64,000 bases of DNA from an uncultured Candidatus Binatia bacterium (GTDB lineage: Bacteria; Desulfobacterota; Binatia; Bin18). Where the stretch lies: positions 704,001 to 768,000 of the forward strand of contig OZ243961.1 in NCBI GenBank assembly GCA_965214605.1, read 5' to 3'. Below the pieces are notes generated by a model that worked only from the letters and a program-made list of their open reading frames with translations, searched no databases and was not told the origin of the DNA. This document shows positions 62,001 to 64,000 of the stretch, one piece after another (within the stretch, counting starts at the first letter, position 1; each line of letters opens with the position of its first letter). Both the position numbers and the translations under genes were made by a program.

Positions 62001-62188
62001 CTCCAAGAGCGACCCCAAGCCCAGAACACCCAGAGCAGAAAGCAGCCAAAGAGCAACCATAAGACGTAGATAAAAAGAGAACTTATCCCTTCCGAGGTCA
62101 CATCGCCGCTGAGCAAGCCGCTGAGCAAGGCGAACGGTTCAATTTTTGGTAGGAGATCATAAAAGTCAAAAGTGATTTTATCCTCCAT
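59018..62188 (-). CDS. zorA: Zorya ZorA (MotA-like channel with a very long helical tail)
   Basis: NTYDAAHFFN, VPAFLTAIGVVGTFTGL, GASIAFKTSVWGV, then about 830 aa of Q/E/A-rich helical tail; RBS GGAGG. Confidence 0.92.
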   Translation of the reverse strand: MEDKITFDFYDLLPKIEPFALLSGLLSGDVTSEGISSLFIYVLWLLFGCFLLWVFWAWGRSWRSTAFFRKLLRGLKPDSLMDKRQDLKQQARQQRNKRLGELWEEFDETFVVSKGEERIQNTYDAAHFFNAHTLGRGITENRLLAAVPAFLTAIGVVGTFTGLFLGLSNVNPEDVASITRLIDGASIAFKTSVWGVALSFVFNLIEKAVEQRVRYKITTLQNKIDALFPRLSPEQTLVHVHEETRQAAIALDGLSERIGNKMQETINQVTQNVQSAVFEGIQQGMQPALESLAQAAGDLASRQARGGAEALENLVHQFSDGLRGQGEQQREMMEATTAEVKTAISQWGGSMTHFMDALEALNQRMDTRENARAASFDSHIQASQDTLTRHVEQLQQQAAQLVADYVDQAQTQTQAHLREWTKQAEQYSSTMETAVGQFGDGLRGQGEQQRKMMEATTAEVKTAISQWGGSMTHFMDALEALNQRMDARETAWAASFDSHIQASQDTLTRHVEQSQQQAAQLVADYVDQAQTQTQTHLREWTKQAEQYSSTMETAVGQFGDGLRGQGEQQRKMMEATTAEVKTAISQWGGSMTHFMDALEALNQRMDTRETARAASFDGHIQASQDTLTRHVEQSQQQAAQLVADYVDQAQTQTQTHLREWTKQAEQYSSTMETAVGQFGDGLRGQGEQQRKMMEATTAEVKTAISQWGGSMTHFMDALEALNQRMDTRETARAASFDSHIQASQDAFSRYVEQSQQQAAQLVADYVDQAQTQTQTHLREWTKQAEQYSSTMETAVGQFGDGLRGQGEQQRKMMEATTAEVKTAISQWGGSMTHFMDALEALNQRMDARETAWAASFDGHIQASQTVLEQSQRLYEQIAAVTEGLQTSASAIRTGGELLNNASGGLRTLSERLQSGVDQLGRALGQVLEQTRRLARENETTGRNINQVIGVITGLKDMLSSAADRIAEAADASRRQTTQLTQHQQQLFAALEEHVDQLQKQVAQLLRDYASQVQTQTQDRLNEWTKQTQNYTNAMQAAVVSLASTVEEMDGKIERRR
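59598..61240 (-). repeat. 360-bp (120-aa) in-frame tandem repeat, about 4.6 copies, within zorA
   Basis: Near-identical blocks recur at 59641, 60001, 60361, 60721 and 61081; protein unit QFGDGLRGQGEQQRKMMEATT...EWTKQAEQYSSTMETAVG. Confidence 0.97.
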
Positions 62189-62257
62189 TGATGTGTAATC
62201 CTTCTGCTCCCGGAACTTCTCGTCTCTCTCAGACTTGCTCGACCCCGGGTCTCTCCC

Positions 62258-63082
62258 TTAGATCGTCGCCAACGGAACGGCCACTCCGGGTATGTCCACT
62301 CGGGTGTGGAAAATTGTCCCCTTACGGTCCGGATCTTCGGTATTGTCGGCGGTCACAATGTACAGGTCACGCCGGTCTTGACCGCCAAAACACAAACTCG
62401 TGACGGCCTTGGCCGGCACCTCAACAACGTGATCGGCCGTTCCGTCAGGCGCAAAGCAGGTCGCACAGCCTCCTCCATACACCGCCACCCACACACGGCC
62501 GGACTCGTCAACTGCTAAGCCGTCGGGGACCTCGTCGAGCGTGGCAAAGACGCGCCGATTGGTCGCTGTTCCGTCCGCGGTGATCTCATGTGCGATGACT
62601 TGTTTCACCGCGCTGTCGGCGTGGTAGAGCAGTTTTCCGTCCCCAGACGTGCCAATGCCGTTCGTAATACCGATATTCCCATACATCTCGGTCGCCTGCC
62701 CCTCGGCTTCAATCCGCCACAACTCCCCCGGTACCTGGCTTGCAAGCTTGAATGGGTCTGACCGCAACGCCCCGGCGTAGATCCGGCCAGCGCTATCGGT
62801 GAAAATATCGTTAAAGCCGGGAATATCATCGCGCTGAAACAAAATACGGCTCGTTCCGTTCTTGACGTGACAGATGTTCTTACCGGAGACGACCACCCCG
62901 CCGTCGGCGTGCAGCGCAATCCCCCCGACGCCCCGCCGTTTTGGCACGACTGTTACAATCTCCCCATTTGGCGAACGACGATACACCCCGCCATTTGTGA
63001 CATCACTAAAAAACAGATTTCCAGCCGCGTCGACCCGTGGTCCCTCAATCAGTCCATAGCCTGAGGCAAGTGTTTCCAGCAT
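62258..63082 (-). CDS. SMP-30/gluconolactonase/LRE family protein
   Basis: LIEGPR, FNDIFTD..GR, TNGIG, PDGLAVD..G.VWVA, TSLCFGG. Confidence 0.92.
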   Translation of the reverse strand: MLETLASGYGLIEGPRVDAAGNLFFSDVTNGGVYRRSPNGEIVTVVPKRRGVGGIALHADGGVVVSGKNICHVKNGTSRILFQRDDIPGFNDIFTDSAGRIYAGALRSDPFKLASQVPGELWRIEAEGQATEMYGNIGITNGIGTSGDGKLLYHADSAVKQVIAHEITADGTATNRRVFATLDEVPDGLAVDESGRVWVAVYGGGCATCFAPDGTADHVVEVPAKAVTSLCFGGQDRRDLYIVTADNTEDPDRKGTIFHTRVDIPGVAVPLATI

Positions 63083-63243
63083 GTGTTCCTCCCTGTATGA
63101 CAGTCTGGAAAGGGCCGCTGCGCCCTTCCCTGCTCAGCTTATAGCGCGCGGACTTCCGGTTGCCAAACCAGGGGTAAGTAGACTATAGAAGGGAAGAGAT
63201 TAACCAAAACCGTACGCCGTAGCGTACAAAGGAGGTAGTTCCG

Positions 63244-63645
63244 ATGAGCGCAGAAGAGAACAAAAAACTGGTACTGGGCTTCTTCGAAGATATGTCGGCC
63301 GGCAATGCCGAGGCGTTCCTAGGAGCGATGGCGGACAACGCGACGTGGTGGGTCGCCGGGGATCCCAAGAACTTTCCCCTGGCCGGTACAAAGACAAAAG
63401 CCGAATTTACCCAACTGCTCCAAGGTATGGGAGCCGCTATGCCCAAGGGCTTAAAAATCACGCCCAAGGGTGTAACCGCGGAAGGTAACCGGGTCGCGGT
63501 CGAAGCCGAATCCTATGGAGAGCACGCCAATGGCAAAATCTACAACAACCTGTACCACTTCCTGGTTGAATGCGGAGACGGCAAGATCACAGCCGTCCGC
63601 GAATACCTTGATACCATGCACGCACAGGACGTGCTGGTGGGCTAG
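63244..63645 (+). CDS. NTF2/SnoaL-like protein
   Basis: EENKKLV, AEGNRVAVEAES, YNNLYHF, VREYLDT; RBS AAGGAGG. Confidence 0.9.
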   Translation: MSAEENKKLVLGFFEDMSAGNAEAFLGAMADNATWWVAGDPKNFPLAGTKTKAEFTQLLQGMGAAMPKGLKITPKGVTAEGNRVAVEAESYGEHANGKIYNNLYHFLVECGDGKITAVREYLDTMHAQDVLVG

Positions 63646-63688
63646 ACGACGGCTCAGGCGGCTCTGAGCCCATGGCCCCGACACTATG

Positions 63689-63713
63689 GGGCACGGGAGA
63701 CCGTGCCCGTTTT
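63689..63713 (+). terminator. Putative intrinsic terminator between convergent genes (REP-like stem)
   Basis: GGGCACGG-GAGA-CCGTGCCC followed by GTTTT. Confidence 0.6.
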
Positions 63714-63726
63714 ATGCTCTATCATA

Positions 63727-64000
63727 TCAGACCGGCCAGAACATCTTTTTGGCCTGAGCTTTGAGTTCCGGCTGAAAATCCGGATGGGCAATCTCAATGA
63801 GTGCCTCGGCGCGTTGACGCTGAGTCCTGCCCTGGAGATTCACTATTCCAAACTCGGTGACCACATAATCGGCATACTGGCGGGGTGTCGTCAGCGTGCT
63901 GCCCGGCTCAAGCATAGGCACAATCCGGGACAGCCGACCCCTTTTGGCCGTCGAGGGCAGAACCATAATTGAGCGTCCGCCCGGCGAGTACATCGCTCCC
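63727..64000 (-). CDS. 3' end of an acetyl-CoA hydrolase / 4-hydroxybutyrate CoA-transferase (truncated by the window)
   Basis: SPGGRSI..LPST, SRIVP, TTPR..ADYVVTEFGI..L.G....QRAEALI.IAHPDF. Confidence 0.88.
   Translation of the reverse strand, partial: GAMYSPGGRSIMVLPSTAKRGRLSRIVPMLEPGSTLTTPRQYADYVVTEFGIVNLQGRTQRQRAEALIEIAHPDFQPELKAQAKKMFWPV

Noticed and set aside
58266-62188. Flagellar motA/motB or exbB/exbD assignment
   Set aside because: The long ZorA tail and the downstream EH-signature and SNF2-Mrr genes identify the locus as Zorya type I.

Overview
64 kb of GC-rich bacterial chromosome, mostly catabolic and housekeeping genes: six family III CoA-transferases, a ThDP lyase, LLM oxidoreductases, DUF1302/DUF1329-like envelope proteins, mutM, lon, galU, an M16 peptidase pair, an EthA-like monooxygenase, a sigma54-dependent pspF-pspA-orf-pspB-pspC locus and ltaE. 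A complete type I Zorya anti-phage operon (zorA-B-C-D) lies at 53.2-62.2 kb. The gene content, several pseudogenes and a secreted ankyrin-repeat protein suggest a Binatia/Tectomicrobia-like, possibly host-associated organism (inference only). Three observations stand out. (1) An orphan CRISPR-like mini-array at 7165-7379 (28-29 nt repeats, unrelated 33 and 32 nt spacers) whose repeat is the 3' end of the neighbouring deacetylase gene, so it may be an array formed de novo in a coding sequence. (2) A 1056-aa ZorA whose tail is expanded by about 4.6 near-identical 360-bp repeats, each full unit carrying a copy of the ZorA C-terminal motif. (3) A psp operon with an extra membrane gene and a duplicated pspB 3' end that is in frame with pspC. 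I found no rRNA, tRNA, cas or transposase genes. All family assignments come from motif recognition, not database searches.
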